Below are positions 20,000 to 31,781 of a stretch of 64,000 bases of DNA, piece after piece. The translations under genes and the position numbers were made by a program. The DNA is from an uncultured Pelagibacteraceae bacterium (lineage in GTDB: Bacteria; Pseudomonadota; Alphaproteobacteria; Pelagibacterales; Pelagibacteraceae). Position 1 is the first letter of the stretch. Each line of letters starts with the position of its first letter. Location: positions 315 to 64,314 of the forward strand of contig CACGBI010000003.1 in NCBI GenBank assembly GCA_902571235.1, in the 5' to 3' direction. The notes under the pieces are model-generated. The model did not search any database and had not been told where the DNA came from. It saw only the letters and a program-made list of their open reading frames with translations.

Positions 20000-21583
20000 A
20001 TGGATTTAAGAAACAAAGTTAGAATATTAAATAATTACCTTCAGACTAAAAACTTTAATAAAGTGATTGAAGAAGGGAAAAAATTTTTAAAAAAAATTCC
20101 AAATAACGATTATGTCTTAAATTTAATTGGAATGGCTTATCAGGGTAAATCTCAATTTAAATATTCAATACAATTTTTTGAAGAGTCTTTAAAATTTAAC
20201 CCAAGCAATATTGCAGCAATGAATAATTTTGCTAATTCTTTAAAAGCTTTAGGAAATTTTGAAAGAGCAAAAAAATTATATGAACATATTATAGATAAAG
20301 ATCCAAATTACATCAGAGCTTATAACAATCTTGCCAATCTCAAAACTTCTTATAACGATTATAATGGTGCAATTGAACTCTACAAAATTGCAATAAATAT
20401 ATTAAATAAAGACGATAAAATTCCAAAATCAACTACTTTAGATTTTATGTTTTCATTGGCCGTTGCTTATCAGGGTTTTAATAAAATTAAAGAATCAAAA
20501 GAAGTTATTGAGGAAATGTTATTGATAGATTCCTCTCATGCTGGCGCTCATAAGCTAAAAAGTTCAATGACAAAATATTCTAATGATAATCCAGATTCTA
20601 TTGATCATTTAAAAAAGATGGAAATATTAAATGAAAATGAAAATCTAGATCATAATAAAAAAACTGATTTATTTTTTTCTTTAGGAAAAGCCTATGAAGA
20701 TATAAAGAATTTTGACAAAGCTTATTATTATTTGAATGAAGCAAATAAACTTAGATATGAAAAATATGGTTCAAATTTAGAAAATGAAAAAAAATTATTC
20801 AAAAATATAATTAAAATTTTTGAAAAAATAAATTTGAAAGAGTGTCATTCAGATGTGCCTTCAAAAAAAATAATTTTTATTTGTGGTATGCCAAGATCTG
20901 GAACAACATTAACAGAACAAATTATATCTTCTCATAATGATGTTTATGGTGCGGGTGAATTAGTGTATTTACAAAGAGTCATCCAAAATAATCTTTTTAA
21001 TGACTCTCAATTTGATAAGCAAAAAATTAGTCAAACTAAAGATATTTCTAAAAATATTATTTCATCACAATATCTAGAATATTTTAATATTTATAATATT
21101 AATCAGAATATTATAACTGATAAAGCGCCACAAAATTTTCGGTGGCTTGGTTTTATAAAAATTTTTTTTCCTAACAGCAAGATATTACATTGCCATAGAA
21201 ATCCTAAAGATAATTGTTTATCTTTATTTAAAAATAGTTTTGCTTCGACGATGATGAATTGGTCAAATAATCCAAGAGACATAGCAAATTATTACAATAT
21301 TTATGAAGAGTTAATGACTTTTTGGAAAAGTAAAATTCCTGAATTTATATACGATGTTGAATATGAAAAGCTTGTGACAAATAAAAGCGACGAAATTAAA
21401 AGAATACTTAATTTCTGCGAACTCCCATGGGATGAAAAATGCTTAAATCACGAAAAAAATAGCAAGACACCCATTAAAACTGTAAGTGCCACTCAGGCAA
21501 GGGAAGCTATTTATACTAGTTCTTTAAATAGTAATATGAATTTTGATAAACATTTGTCTGAAATGTTTAGTATTTTGAAATAG
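20000..21583 (+). CDS. TPR-repeat-containing sulfotransferase family protein
   Basis: N-terminal TPR-like repeats; FICGMPRSGTTL PAPS loop, DKAPQNF, RNPKDNCLS, YEKLV, KTVSATQAR. Confidence 0.88.
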   Translation: MDLRNKVRILNNYLQTKNFNKVIEEGKKFLKKIPNNDYVLNLIGMAYQGKSQFKYSIQFFEESLKFNPSNIAAMNNFANSLKALGNFERAKKLYEHIIDKDPNYIRAYNNLANLKTSYNDYNGAIELYKIAINILNKDDKIPKSTTLDFMFSLAVAYQGFNKIKESKEVIEEMLLIDSSHAGAHKLKSSMTKYSNDNPDSIDHLKKMEILNENENLDHNKKTDLFFSLGKAYEDIKNFDKAYYYLNEANKLRYEKYGSNLENEKKLFKNIIKIFEKINLKECHSDVPSKKIIFICGMPRSGTTLTEQIISSHNDVYGAGELVYLQRVIQNNLFNDSQFDKQKISQTKDISKNIISSQYLEYFNIYNINQNIITDKAPQNFRWLGFIKIFFPNSKILHCHRNPKDNCLSLFKNSFASTMMNWSNNPRDIANYYNIYEELMTFWKSKIPEFIYDVEYEKLVTNKSDEIKRILNFCELPWDEKCLNHEKNSKTPIKTVSATQAREAIYTSSLNSNMNFDKHLSEMFSILK

Positions 21584-21623
21584 AATTTTATATTTGAGAT
21601 AAATCCTGTATGATTTATCTATA

Positions 21624-22955
21624 ATGACTATATTTGCACTTTCTTCTGGCCCTGGTATTTCAGGTATTGCTGTTGTAAGAATATCTGGACAGGAAACAGC
21701 TAAGATTATTAAAACATTAACAAAGCTCCCTTTACCCAAACCCCGAACAGCAACTTTAAGAAAAATCAATAAAATCAACACTTCTGAGCTTATTGATGAG
21801 GGAATAATTCTGTGGTTTCCTGGGCCTCAGAGCTACACAGGTGAAGATATGGCTGAGATTCAAGTTCATGGTAGTAAAGCCGTAGTGGATTCTCTCCACT
21901 TTTCTTTATCTAATATAGAAAATTGTAGATTAGCTGAGCCAGGTGAATTTACAAAACTAGCATTTCAAAATGGAAAAATAAATTTACTCAAAGCTGAAAG
22001 CATTGCTGATCTAATTTCATCTGAAACTGAAATTCAAAGACAACAAGCAATTAAAATTATGAATGGAAAATCAGCCGATCAATTTAATTTTCTCAGAGAA
22101 AAACTTATAAAAATTTTATCACATGTTGAAGCAAAAATTGATTTTCCAGACGAAGATTTACCAAATAATATTTTAGATGAAATCCAAAATGACTCTAAAG
22201 AAGTAATAATTAAAATTAAAAAAATATTAAACGATCATAAAGTTGGAGAAAGAATTAGAGAAGGGTTTAAGATTGCAATTCTCGGACCCACTAATGCTGG
22301 TAAATCTAGTTTGATGAATCATTTATCTAATAGAGATGTAGCAATTGTTTCAGAAATTGCTGGTACTACTAGAGATGTAATCGAAACTCATCTTAATTTA
22401 GATGGTTATCCAGTTGTAATATCTGACACTGCTGGAATTAGAGATTCTAAAGATGAGATTGAAAAAAAAGGGATCAAATTATCATTAAATAGAGCAGAAA
22501 AAGCAGATTTAAAGCTTGTAGTGATTGACGCTAAAACCCTTGATTTTAGCGATTTTTTGAAGGGTTTGTTGGATGAAAATGCTATTTTGGTTATTAATAA
22601 GTCTGATCTTTTAGAAAAAGATATTTATCCAGAATTAAAAAAAACAAATCATGTCTTAATTTCAATTAAAGAAAATAAAAACATAGAAGAATTAATTTCA
22701 AAAATAAAAAATAATTTAAAAAATAAATTTATTACAAGTGATGATATTTTAATTACAAGAGAGAGACACAGGCAACATTTGCAACAGTGTTTGGATTATT
22801 TAAATAACTTTAATCAAAAAAAAGAAATCGAGGATTTTGATAAAGCTGCAGAGGATCTAAGATTAGCTACTAGACATTTAGGTATGATTGTAGGAAAAGT
22901 AGACGTAGAGGAGATATTAGGTAGCATTTTCAACGATTTTTGTATCGGCAAATAA
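21624..22955 (+). CDS. mnmE: tRNA modification GTPase MnmE
   Basis: SYTGED, GPTNAGKSS, GTTRD, DTAG, NKSD, C-terminal FCIGK. Confidence 0.97.
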   Translation: MTIFALSSGPGISGIAVVRISGQETAKIIKTLTKLPLPKPRTATLRKINKINTSELIDEGIILWFPGPQSYTGEDMAEIQVHGSKAVVDSLHFSLSNIENCRLAEPGEFTKLAFQNGKINLLKAESIADLISSETEIQRQQAIKIMNGKSADQFNFLREKLIKILSHVEAKIDFPDEDLPNNILDEIQNDSKEVIIKIKKILNDHKVGERIREGFKIAILGPTNAGKSSLMNHLSNRDVAIVSEIAGTTRDVIETHLNLDGYPVVISDTAGIRDSKDEIEKKGIKLSLNRAEKADLKLVVIDAKTLDFSDFLKGLLDENAILVINKSDLLEKDIYPELKKTNHVLISIKENKNIEELISKIKNNLKNKFITSDDILITRERHRQHLQQCLDYLNNFNQKKEIEDFDKAAEDLRLATRHLGMIVGKVDVEEILGSIFNDFCIGK

Positions 22956-23072
22956 TACACTGTTTTGCTGGATTTTTAGCATTTTTTTTCCTAAAAGTGT
23001 TGCTATTATTGGCTTATTTACAAAAAAATAAGCCTATCTTGTAAATTATATAATCACCTATAAATTTGACAT

Positions 23073-24944
23073 ATGAAAAATGATTTAACATTTGATGTGG
23101 TAGTAATCGGCGGAGGTCACGCAGGTTGTGAGGCAGCTGCAGCCTCAGCTCGCTTAGGAGTAAACACTGCCCTATTCACTCACAAAATAGAAACTATTGG
23201 AGAAATGTCATGTAACCCAGCGATTGGTGGCTTAGGTAAGGGTCATTTAGTTCGAGAAATAGATGCTCTTGATGGTGTTATGGGAGATGTTGCAGATAAA
23301 TCAGGCATACAATTTAGATTATTAAATAGAAGCAGAGGGCCAGCAGTAAGAGGACCCAGAACTCAATCTGATAGATCAATGTATCGTAAATATATGCAAG
23401 AAAAACTCTTAAACTATTGTAATTTAAGCGTTTTTTCTGATCCAGTAGTAAAGTTTATTTTTGATAAAAATGCAATAAATGGGTTTGAAACAAAAGAAGG
23501 TAAGAAAGTTTTGTCAAATAAGATAATACTTACAACGGGCACTTTTTTAAATGGTTTGATACATATAGGGGATGAAAGAACTCCTGCGGGTAGATACGAT
23601 GAAAAACCTTCAACAGGTCTGAGTGAACAATTAGCAAAATATAATTTCAAAATTGGAAGATTAAAAACTGGAACCCCTCCAAGGTTAGATGCTAGAACAA
23701 TAAACTTTGAAAACCTCGAAGAACAGTTTGCAGATGATGATCCTTATTTTTTTTCTTTTTTAACAAAAAAAAATACTAACAAACAAGTTTCATGTCGAAT
23801 GACCTACACCAATGAGAAGGTTCATAAAATTATACAAAAAAATTTATCTAAAAGCGCAATGTACTCAGGTAACATAAAAGGGGTAGGTCCTAGATATTGT
23901 CCATCTATAGAAGATAAAATAGTAAAATTTGCAGATAAAGTTCGTCATCAAATATTTTTAGAGCCTGAAGGGCTAAATGATCACACAATTTACCCAAATG
24001 GCATTTCTACATCTCTTCCGACCCAAGTACAGCAAGAAATATGTAACAATATCAATGGTTTAGAAAATGTAAAAATTATTAGACCAGGATATGCTATAGA
24101 ATATGATTATATAGATCCGCGTGAACTTTTTCTGACCCTAGAAACCAAGAAGATAGCTAATCTTTACCTTGCGGGACAGGTTAATGGAACAACAGGATAT
24201 GAGGAAGCAGCTGCTCAAGGTCTTATAGCTGGAATAAATGCTGCTTTATCAGTAAAAAAATTAGAACCATTCATTCTTGATAGGTCTGATGCATATATTG
24301 GAGTAATGATTGATGATTTAGTTACCAAAGGAGTAGCTGAACCATATCGTATGTTTACATCAAGAGCAGAGTACAGATTAAGCTTAAGATCAGATAATGC
24401 AGATCAAAGATTGACAAGCAAAGGTATTAAGATTGGGTTAATTAGCAATGATAGAAAAGTTTTATATTTAGATAAATTTGACAAAATCAATCTAATTAAT
24501 GCTAAAATGGCTCAATCTAACATTTCACCATCCAGAGCAGAGAAATTTGGAATAAAGATTGCAAAAGATGGGATATTTAGATCCTCTAATGAGATATTAG
24601 CTCAAAAGGATGTAGATATGTCTAAAATTAGGGAAATATGGTCTGATATACCATTTTTTAGTAAAGAAATCGATGAACAAGTAGAAATTAACTCTCATTA
24701 CAGAGGATATTTAAAGAAACAAAAAGCTGACATTTTAGCGTTTAAAAGGGATGAAAACCTAATAATTCCTGATAAAATTAATTACGATGGACTTTCTGGC
24801 TTATCTAATGAGGTAAAAGCTAAATTTAAAGAAATAAAGCCAAAAACTATGGGCCAAGCATTAAGAATCGACGGAATTACCCCAGCTGCAGTATATATTT
24901 TGTTGTCACATGTCAAAAGAAAGTCTATTAAGCATATAGCTTAA
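23073..24944 (+). CDS. mnmG: tRNA U34 carboxymethylaminomethyl modification enzyme MnmG (GidA)
   Basis: [48 protein letters not shown]. Confidence 0.98.
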   Translation: MKNDLTFDVVVIGGGHAGCEAAAASARLGVNTALFTHKIETIGEMSCNPAIGGLGKGHLVREIDALDGVMGDVADKSGIQFRLLNRSRGPAVRGPRTQSDRSMYRKYMQEKLLNYCNLSVFSDPVVKFIFDKNAINGFETKEGKKVLSNKIILTTGTFLNGLIHIGDERTPAGRYDEKPSTGLSEQLAKYNFKIGRLKTGTPPRLDARTINFENLEEQFADDDPYFFSFLTKKNTNKQVSCRMTYTNEKVHKIIQKNLSKSAMYSGNIKGVGPRYCPSIEDKIVKFADKVRHQIFLEPEGLNDHTIYPNGISTSLPTQVQQEICNNINGLENVKIIRPGYAIEYDYIDPRELFLTLETKKIANLYLAGQVNGTTGYEEAAAQGLIAGINAALSVKKLEPFILDRSDAYIGVMIDDLVTKGVAEPYRMFTSRAEYRLSLRSDNADQRLTSKGIKIGLISNDRKVLYLDKFDKINLINAKMAQSNISPSRAEKFGIKIAKDGIFRSSNEILAQKDVDMSKIREIWSDIPFFSKEIDEQVEINSHYRGYLKKQKADILAFKRDENLIIPDKINYDGLSGLSNEVKAKFKEIKPKTMGQALRIDGITPAAVYILLSHVKRKSIKHIA

Positions 24945-25594
24945 TGGATCAAGAAATTTTAAATTCTTACTCTAGACTCAATGACTTAAATGTTTCACGT
25001 GAAACATTTTTAGACTTCGAAAATTATATATCCATGATTCTTAAAAAAAATAAAAAAATTAACATTATTAGTAAAACCACAGCATCAAAAAAAGCCATAA
25101 TTGATCGTCATATCATTGATTCAGCGCAAATTATTGATTTTGTTGATTTAAATAGCAATACAACCACAGATATAGGTTCAGGTGGAGGAATGCCTGGGAT
25201 TATTATAGCAATTCTACTTAAAAACATGAAAAAAAATATAAATGTGCATCTATATGAAAAAAGTTATCATAAAAGCCATTTTTTAAAAGAAGTTTCAGAA
25301 AGTTTAAATCTAAATACAAAAATTTTTCAAAAAAATATTTTTGAAATAAAAAATTTAGAAACAGGAACGATTATGTCGAGAGCATTTAAACCAATGCCTA
25401 TTATTCTAGATTTAGTATATGAAAATTTTTTTAAATATAAAAATCTTATTTTCTTTATGGGCAAAAATGGAAAAAAAATTTTTGAAAATTCGAAAAAAAA
25501 ATGGGAGCTGGAATATACAGAAAAAAAAAGTTTAACAAATGAAGATTCATTTTTGATAAATATAAAAAAAATAAATAAAAAATTTAAAAAATAA
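24944..25594 (+). CDS. rsmG: 16S rRNA m7G527 methyltransferase RsmG (GidB)
   Basis: RHIIDSAQ, DIGSGGGMPG, SRAF; between mnmG and parA. Confidence 0.92.
   Translation: MDQEILNSYSRLNDLNVSRETFLDFENYISMILKKNKKINIISKTTASKKAIIDRHIIDSAQIIDFVDLNSNTTTDIGSGGGMPGIIIAILLKNMKKNINVHLYEKSYHKSHFLKEVSESLNLNTKIFQKNIFEIKNLETGTIMSRAFKPMPIILDLVYENFFKYKNLIFFMGKNGKKIFENSKKKWELEYTEKKSLTNEDSFLINIKKINKKFKK
24991..25006. other. parS: parS centromere site
   Basis: Exact TGTTTCACGTGAAACA palindrome (extends to 22 bp, 24988-25009), about 600 bp upstream of parA. Confidence 0.92.
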
Positions 25595-25597
25595 TAT

Positions 25598-26392
25598 ATG
25601 CAAATTATTTCTGTCATAAATCAAAAGGGAGGTGTAGGAAAAACAACTACTGTAATAAATCTTGCTGCTGGGTTATCACAATTAAGCAAAAAAATTTTGG
25701 TTATTGATTTAGATCCACAAGGAAATGCTACAACAGGACTCGGATTGTCTAATATTGATAATTCAAGCGATACAATTTATGGCGTATTAAATGGAACAAA
25801 TGAAATAAGTGATGTAATTAAAAAAACACAGTTTGAAAATTTAGATATTATCACCTCAAATGTAGATTTATCAGGGTTAGAAGTAGAAACAGCTGAGGAT
25901 GGTAATAGGGCCTTCATATTAAAGTCTAAATTAACCGCTTATTTAAACAATTCTAGAGGATCTTATGATTATGTCCTTATTGATTGTCCACCATCATTGA
26001 GTTTACTAACTGTAATGGCCTTAGTATGTTCCAGTTCGTTATTGGTACCACTACAAACAGAATTTTTTGCTCTAGAAGGTTTAACGCAGCTCATGAAAAC
26101 TATAGAAAGAATAAAAGTAAGTTTAAATCCAGATCTAAAAATACGAGGCATACTTTTAACAATGTACGACAAACGAAATAAGCTTTCGTCACAGGTCGAG
26201 AAAGAAGCAAGAGATTATTTTAGTGAGAAAGTTTATTCTACTGTAATCCCTAGGAATGTAAGATTATCTGAAGCTCCCTCTCATGGAATGCCAGTTTTAA
26301 TTTATGATAAATCTTGTCCCGGGAGTAAATCATATTTTAGTTTCACCGACGAATTTATAAATCAAGAAACATCAATAGGAAGTGCTGCATAA
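25598..26392 (+). CDS. parA: Chromosome partitioning ATPase ParA
   Basis: NQKGGVGKTTT, DLDPQGNAT, IDCPPSL, IPRNVRLSEAPSHG. Confidence 0.97.
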   Translation: MQIISVINQKGGVGKTTTVINLAAGLSQLSKKILVIDLDPQGNATTGLGLSNIDNSSDTIYGVLNGTNEISDVIKKTQFENLDIITSNVDLSGLEVETAEDGNRAFILKSKLTAYLNNSRGSYDYVLIDCPPSLSLLTVMALVCSSSLLVPLQTEFFALEGLTQLMKTIERIKVSLNPDLKIRGILLTMYDKRNKLSSQVEKEARDYFSEKVYSTVIPRNVRLSEAPSHGMPVLIYDKSCPGSKSYFSFTDEFINQETSIGSAA

Positions 26393-27234
26393 TGGATAAA
26401 ATTAAAAAAGGTTTAGGAAGAGGACTATCATCCCTTATAGGCGAAACAAAGGTCGAAACACAAAATAATTTAGTTTCGATAAGTGATTTAATTCCAAATA
26501 AATACCAACCAAGAAAAATTTTTGATGAGTCTAGCCTAGAAGATTTGACCAATTCAATAAAACAAAGAGGAATGATACAACCAATTATAGTTAGAAAATC
26601 AACAAATGAAAAATCAAAATTTGAAATAATTGCAGGTGAGAGAAGATGGTTAGCAGCGCAAAAAGCAGGCCTTCATAACGTACCCATTGTAGTTACTGTC
26701 GCTGATGACTTAAAATCTTTGGAGTTTGCGATAGTTGAAAATGTTCAAAGACATGATTTGAATCCTTTAGAAGAAGCTCAAGGTTATAAAAGATTAATAG
26801 ATGAATTTAATTATGATCAGGAAAAAGTCTCAAAATTTATTGGAAAAAGTAGAAGTTATATTACAAACTCTTTAAGACTTTTAACATTGCCAGAAAGTGT
26901 AATAAAATTAATTGAAACTTTAAAGTTAAGTGCTGGACATGCTAAAGTCTTAGTTGGTCTTGAAAATGCTGGTTTTGTAGCCAATAAGATTATAGAAAAA
27001 AAACTTTCAGTAAGACAAGCAGAAAATTTTGTTAAAATTTTTAAAATTAAAAAAAATAAACTTAAAGATAATAAAGATGCCAATATTAAAGAATTAGAAA
27101 AAACTATATCTGAAAAAATAGGATTAAATGTTGCAATTAAAAATAATAGACAAAATAAAGGTACAATTACTTTCTCTTACAAGGAAATTGAACAATTAAA
27201 CAAAATTATTGATATAATTAAACAAAATTATTAG
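26392..27234 (+). CDS. parB: Chromosome partitioning protein ParB
   Basis: GLGRGL, QPRK, IIAGERRW, ENVQRHDLNPLEEA, HTH GKSRSYITNSLRLL. Confidence 0.97.
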   Translation: MDKIKKGLGRGLSSLIGETKVETQNNLVSISDLIPNKYQPRKIFDESSLEDLTNSIKQRGMIQPIIVRKSTNEKSKFEIIAGERRWLAAQKAGLHNVPIVVTVADDLKSLEFAIVENVQRHDLNPLEEAQGYKRLIDEFNYDQEKVSKFIGKSRSYITNSLRLLTLPESVIKLIETLKLSAGHAKVLVGLENAGFVANKIIEKKLSVRQAENFVKIFKIKKNKLKDNKDANIKELEKTISEKIGLNVAIKNNRQNKGTITFSYKEIEQLNKIIDIIKQNY

Positions 27235-28219
27235 CATTTTCTATTGTCTCAAAAATAAAATTATTCGTAATTTCATTCGCTATGTTTGAGTTTTTTTTTA
27301 TTAATAATTCAAGTGTATTAATTTTTTTAATAAAAGATTTAATATCATTTATCGACAAAGTGCTTAGTTGTTTTTTAATCATATCTTTATCTTTCCAAAA
27401 AATTGTTGGTTTATATGAAGAAATTACTTGATCTTGATTTTTATTCATTTTTATTTCTTTTTTAAGTTTTTCTAACCTTTTCAACTTATACAAAAATGAC
27501 TTTAATATTAAAATATTATCTTCCATTGATGAGATATTATCATTTAATATTTTAATTGTTTTACGCTTATTTTTTGCAAGACAGTAATCAGTAAGCTCTG
27601 ATATTTTGTAATCCTCAGATGAGCTAATAATTCTCAAAAGATCATCAAATTCAATAGAAATTTTACTTTGACTATAGCTCTTAATTTTTTTCAATTCATT
27701 TTTCAAATTTAATCTATTACCTTTTGTTTTTTCTAAGATGAAATTAATGTTTTCAGTTGAAATTTTTATCTTATTTTCTTTACAAAAGTTTTGAGCAAAA
27801 AACATTAAAGTTTGATGATTATCCTCATAAAATGGAATTATTATTAAATCATTATTTTTTTCAAAAAAACTTCTTAATTTAGATTTTTTTTCCAGAACTC
27901 CAGATTTTAAAATTATTTTAAGATCATTATCTTCTTTTTCTCTGATATCTTTGATTAATTCTAATATTTTATCAGTTGCACGATTAATAATAATTAATTT
28001 CTCGCTTTCAAAAAAAGATTTGTTAAATACACTTTCCTCAAAAGCACCCTTGTTAGATAAAATTTCTGTTTCATCGTAATTATATGAATTTTTAGTGAAT
28101 AATGGTTTTATTTCCTTTTGTAAGGTCTCATCAATTAATTCACTATTTTGACCATATAGAAGAAATATGTTTATTTTTTTGTCTAAACTTTTTTTTAATT
28201 CATATGATTTAATTATCAT
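27218..28219 (-). CDS. holA: DNA polymerase III delta subunit
   Basis: FLLYGQN, SFF, LEKKSKLR, FYED, IFWKDK; leuS-lptE-holA synteny. Confidence 0.85.
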   Translation of the reverse strand: MIIKSYELKKSLDKKINIFLLYGQNSELIDETLQKEIKPLFTKNSYNYDETEILSNKGAFEESVFNKSFFESEKLIIINRATDKILELIKDIREKEDNDLKIILKSGVLEKKSKLRSFFEKNNDLIIIPFYEDNHQTLMFFAQNFCKENKIKISTENINFILEKTKGNRLNLKNELKKIKSYSQSKISIEFDDLLRIISSSEDYKISELTDYCLAKNKRKTIKILNDNISSMEDNILILKSFLYKLKRLEKLKKEIKMNKNQDQVISSYKPTIFWKDKDMIKKQLSTLSINDIKSFIKKINTLELLIKKNSNIANEITNNFIFETIENANNFV

Positions 28220-28668
28220 TTCGTGTTTAAATAAATAATAATTTCACTTATAATTTTATTTACTAAATCATCTCTGATTGAATCTTGGTACTCAGCTAAT
28301 TCAAATTTATTTTGTCTACTATTGAGTGTAAATTGTTTAGCAAAATTTTTATTTTTGATATTTTTATTGTTTATATCTTTTACTTCTAAATCTACAATTA
28401 CGGTAATTCTAAAAGAAACAGCTTCTCCTTTCGTATTTTTTGAAGTCGTTTCAATTTTATATGTACTTGACAAATATAGTTTATCTAAATTTTCATCATT
28501 TTTATTTTCTTCAATAGATATAGTGTTAATAATTTTCTTATTAATTTCATTTTCACCTTCAAGGATAATTTCTGAATATTTAAAATTAAAAATATCATTA
28601 TTAATATAAATTGGTTGGTAGCCACAACTTAAAAGAAAAAATAAGAGAATTATAAGAATTTTATTCAT
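28216..28668 (-). CDS. lptE: LPS assembly lipoprotein LptE-like
   Basis: Lipobox LLSC-GYQPIY; position between leuS and holA. Confidence 0.75.
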   Translation of the reverse strand: MNKILIILLFFLLSCGYQPIYINNDIFNFKYSEIILEGENEINKKIINTISIEENKNDENLDKLYLSSTYKIETTSKNTKGEAVSFRITVIVDLEVKDINNKNIKNKNFAKQFTLNSRQNKFELAEYQDSIRDDLVNKIISEIIIYLNTK

Positions 28669-31208
28669 TATTTTATTATGTAATTTATCAATCTATCTTT
28701 AACATAAATTGTTTTAATTAATTTTCCATTATTAAGATATTTTTCTATTATTTTTTCAGTCTTAATTTGATTGATAATTTTAGCTTCATCAATCTCTTTT
28801 TTAACAGAAATAAGGCCTCTTTTCTTACCATTTACTTGTATTACAATTTCATTAAATTCTTCACTTAAATATTTTTTATCCACTTCAGGCCAACTAACTT
28901 CTTTACTGAATTTCATTTTTTCTAAGCATTCATTTGCTAAATGTGGTACTACAGGCAACATAATTAAAATTATTTTTTCAAAACAATTTTTTAAGTTTTT
29001 TGGATTCATTTTATTTTCAGACATTTTTTTGAAGTACGAATAAATTTCATGATAACTTGCAATTATAACATTGTATCTAAATTTTTTTAGAGCTTGATCA
29101 ATTTTATTTATAATTTGATTAGTAAAAATTTCTAATTCATCACTGTGATTATCAGATTCCTGTTTTATAATTTTGAAGATTTCCTCGCTCAAAAGTGAAA
29201 ATTTCTGAATAAATTTATATGAGGAAACCATTCCTTCATCAGACCATTGAATATCTTTTTCTGGAGGACTATCTGCTAATATAAAAAATCTAACTGCATC
29301 CGCACCATATTGACTGATAATATTTTCTGGATCAATTGTATTCTTTTTTGATTTTGACATAGACTCCGATGGACCAACTATTACTTTTTTATCTCTATTA
29401 TTTTTTAAATAGAAATCCTCACCGTTTTCTGAAAAAACTTCATCAGGATTTAGCCAATTATTATTTTGGTCTTTGTATGTTTCATGACAAACCATTCCCT
29501 GAGTAAATAAACCTTTGAAAGGTTCTTTTATCTTAATTTCATCACTATTAAGACTTAAAGCTCTTGTAAAAAATCTTGAATACAATAAATGCAAAATTGC
29601 ATGTTCGACACCACCAATATATTGATCAACAGGCATCCAATAATCTAGTTCAGATTTGTTAAAAGGTTTTAATTCTTCTTTCGCCGAGCAAAATCTTAAG
29701 TAGTACCAAGACGAGTCAACAAAAGTATCTAAAGTATCTGTTTCTCTAGTATAAGTTTTGCCTCTTATTTCAACTGTTTTCCAATCTTTTTGGAAGTCAA
29801 GAGGGTTTCCGTTAGTATTAATATTAATATTTTCAGGTAACTTCACTGGTAAATCTTCCTCAGGTATTTTTATAATATTATTGTTTTCATCATATGCCAC
29901 AGGTATTGGGCATCCCCAATATCTTTGTCGAGAAATACCCCAGTCTTTAAGGCGATAATTTATTTTTCTTTTTCCTAATTTTTCTTTTTCAAGATGATTA
30001 ATAGTCTTGTCGATTGACTCGTCTGGAACTTTTAGTCCATTTAAAAATTTTGAATTTATTAGCGATCCAGGACCAGAGTAAGATTCTTCTTTCACTTCAA
30101 AGGTGTCATTTTGGTCATTTGGTTTTACAACAGTTTTAATGTCTAATTTATATTTTTTTGCAAAATCATAATCTCTTTGATCATGAGCAGGGCATCCAAA
30201 AACTGCTCCAAATCCATAATCCATTAAAACAAAGTTTGCAAAATACACTGGCACTTTATTATCTTCATCTAAAGGATTAATTGCTAATAAATTTGTTTTG
30301 AAACCAATTTTTACGGCTTGAGCAATAGATTCCTCTGTTGTACCGGTTTTAGCACACTCTTTTTTGAATTTTTGAAATGATTCATCATTTTCATAGTATT
30401 TTGAAATTGGATGATCAACAGACAATGCTAAAAAAGAAAAACCAAATAAAGTATCAGGTCTTGTAGTATAACATTTAATTGAATTGACTTTTTCTGATCC
30501 AGTGACTTTAAAATCGATTTCGCAACCAAAAGATTTCCCTATCCAGTTCTTTTGCATTGTTTTTACTTTCTCTGGCCATTCATCTAATGAAGCTAATTCT
30601 GATAATAATTCTTCGGAGAAATAGGAAATTTTGAAAAACCACTGATTTAGTTTTTTTCTTTCAACGGTTGCTCCAGATCTCCAACCTTTTCCATCTATTA
30701 CTTGTTCGTTAGCTAAAACTGTTTTGTCAACTGGATCCCAATTAACATAACTTTCCTTACGATACACCAGACCTTTATCATAAAGATCCAGAAAAAGCTT
30801 TTGTTGATGTTTATAATAATCAGATGAACAAGTTGAAATCTCTCTATCCCAATCAATTGATAGCCCAAGAAGCTTAAGTTGTGATTTCATAGTTTCAATA
30901 TTATTTTCTGTCCAATTTTTTGGATTTAGATTATTTTGTTTGGCTGCATTTTCTGCCGGCATTCCAAAAGAATCCCACCCCATAGGATGTAAAACATTGA
31001 AACCACTTAAAGATTTATAGCGAGATAGGACATCACCAATGGTATAATTTCTTACATGTCCCATATGGATTTTTCCAGATGGATAAGGAAACATCTCTAA
31101 ACAATAAAATTTTTTTTTATTTTTATCAATTTGAGAAGAAAAACTTTTTTTTTCAGACCAAATTTTTTGCCATTTTTCTTCGGTGATTTTAAAATTATAT
31201 CTACTCAC
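28668..31208 (-). CDS. leuS: Leucine--tRNA ligase
   Basis: [19 protein letters not shown] editing domain, [28 protein letters not shown]. Confidence 0.98.
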   Translation of the reverse strand: MSRYNFKITEEKWQKIWSEKKSFSSQIDKNKKKFYCLEMFPYPSGKIHMGHVRNYTIGDVLSRYKSLSGFNVLHPMGWDSFGMPAENAAKQNNLNPKNWTENNIETMKSQLKLLGLSIDWDREISTCSSDYYKHQQKLFLDLYDKGLVYRKESYVNWDPVDKTVLANEQVIDGKGWRSGATVERKKLNQWFFKISYFSEELLSELASLDEWPEKVKTMQKNWIGKSFGCEIDFKVTGSEKVNSIKCYTTRPDTLFGFSFLALSVDHPISKYYENDESFQKFKKECAKTGTTEESIAQAVKIGFKTNLLAINPLDEDNKVPVYFANFVLMDYGFGAVFGCPAHDQRDYDFAKKYKLDIKTVVKPNDQNDTFEVKEESYSGPGSLINSKFLNGLKVPDESIDKTINHLEKEKLGKRKINYRLKDWGISRQRYWGCPIPVAYDENNNIIKIPEEDLPVKLPENININTNGNPLDFQKDWKTVEIRGKTYTRETDTLDTFVDSSWYYLRFCSAKEELKPFNKSELDYWMPVDQYIGGVEHAILHLLYSRFFTRALSLNSDEIKIKEPFKGLFTQGMVCHETYKDQNNNWLNPDEVFSENGEDFYLKNNRDKKVIVGPSESMSKSKKNTIDPENIISQYGADAVRFFILADSPPEKDIQWSDEGMVSSYKFIQKFSLLSEEIFKIIKQESDNHSDELEIFTNQIINKIDQALKKFRYNVIIASYHEIYSYFKKMSENKMNPKNLKNCFEKIILIMLPVVPHLANECLEKMKFSKEVSWPEVDKKYLSEEFNEIVIQVNGKKRGLISVKKEIDEAKIINQIKTEKIIEKYLNNGKLIKTIYVKDRLINYIIK

Positions 31209-31256
31209 TTATAAATAAATATTTACAAATTAATTAATTTATTAAGGTAGAATTAA

Positions 31257-31781
31257 TCATTTTTTTTTCTTTTTTTCTTGTTTATATTTTGATGCTTTAG
31301 TTAAAATCGTGGATATTAGCTTATTTTCAATCTCAGGGTTGTTTTCATTAATTGTACACTTGTTTAACGTTTCACATTTTTTTGTATAAACTTTAACATC
31401 TAGTGAGTCAGATCTAATTTCATTTGTTAAGAATCTTACACTAATTTTTATGTAATCTTCATAGTTGTTATTTTCATTGTACCAGTCAGTAATGAGTATT
31501 CCACCACCATAATCAGCTGACATTAATGGCATAAAATCCAAAGTATCTAAGCTAGCTCTCCATAATTCATTAGAAGTTGCAAAATCAAAAGTTCCACCGC
31601 CTTTATTATCGTTTTTAAATAACCTCATACCACGCCCTTCATCCAAATTTTTTTGGACCCTTTTAGAAGGTTCTGGAGGAAATTCTTTTGCATCAGTGGG
31701 TCTATAAATTCCACACGAATTTAGGTACAAAATCACGGATAGTATAAGAGAAATTTTGGCTGTTTTTATAATGAAAGGCAT
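31257..31781 (-). CDS. DUF3576 family lipoprotein
   Basis: Lipobox LNSC, LWRASLDTLDFMPL...GGILITDWY; upstream of leuS as in other alphaproteobacteria. Confidence 0.85.
   Translation of the reverse strand: MPFIIKTAKISLILSVILYLNSCGIYRPTDAKEFPPEPSKRVQKNLDEGRGMRLFKNDNKGGGTFDFATSNELWRASLDTLDFMPLMSADYGGGILITDWYNENNNYEDYIKISVRFLTNEIRSDSLDVKVYTKKCETLNKCTINENNPEIENKLISTILTKASKYKQEKKKKK

Noticed and set aside
29478-29493. parS-like half site in leuS (TGTTTCATGACAAACC), and a similar one at 31361-31376
   Set aside because: Four mismatches to consensus, broken symmetry, explained by protein coding
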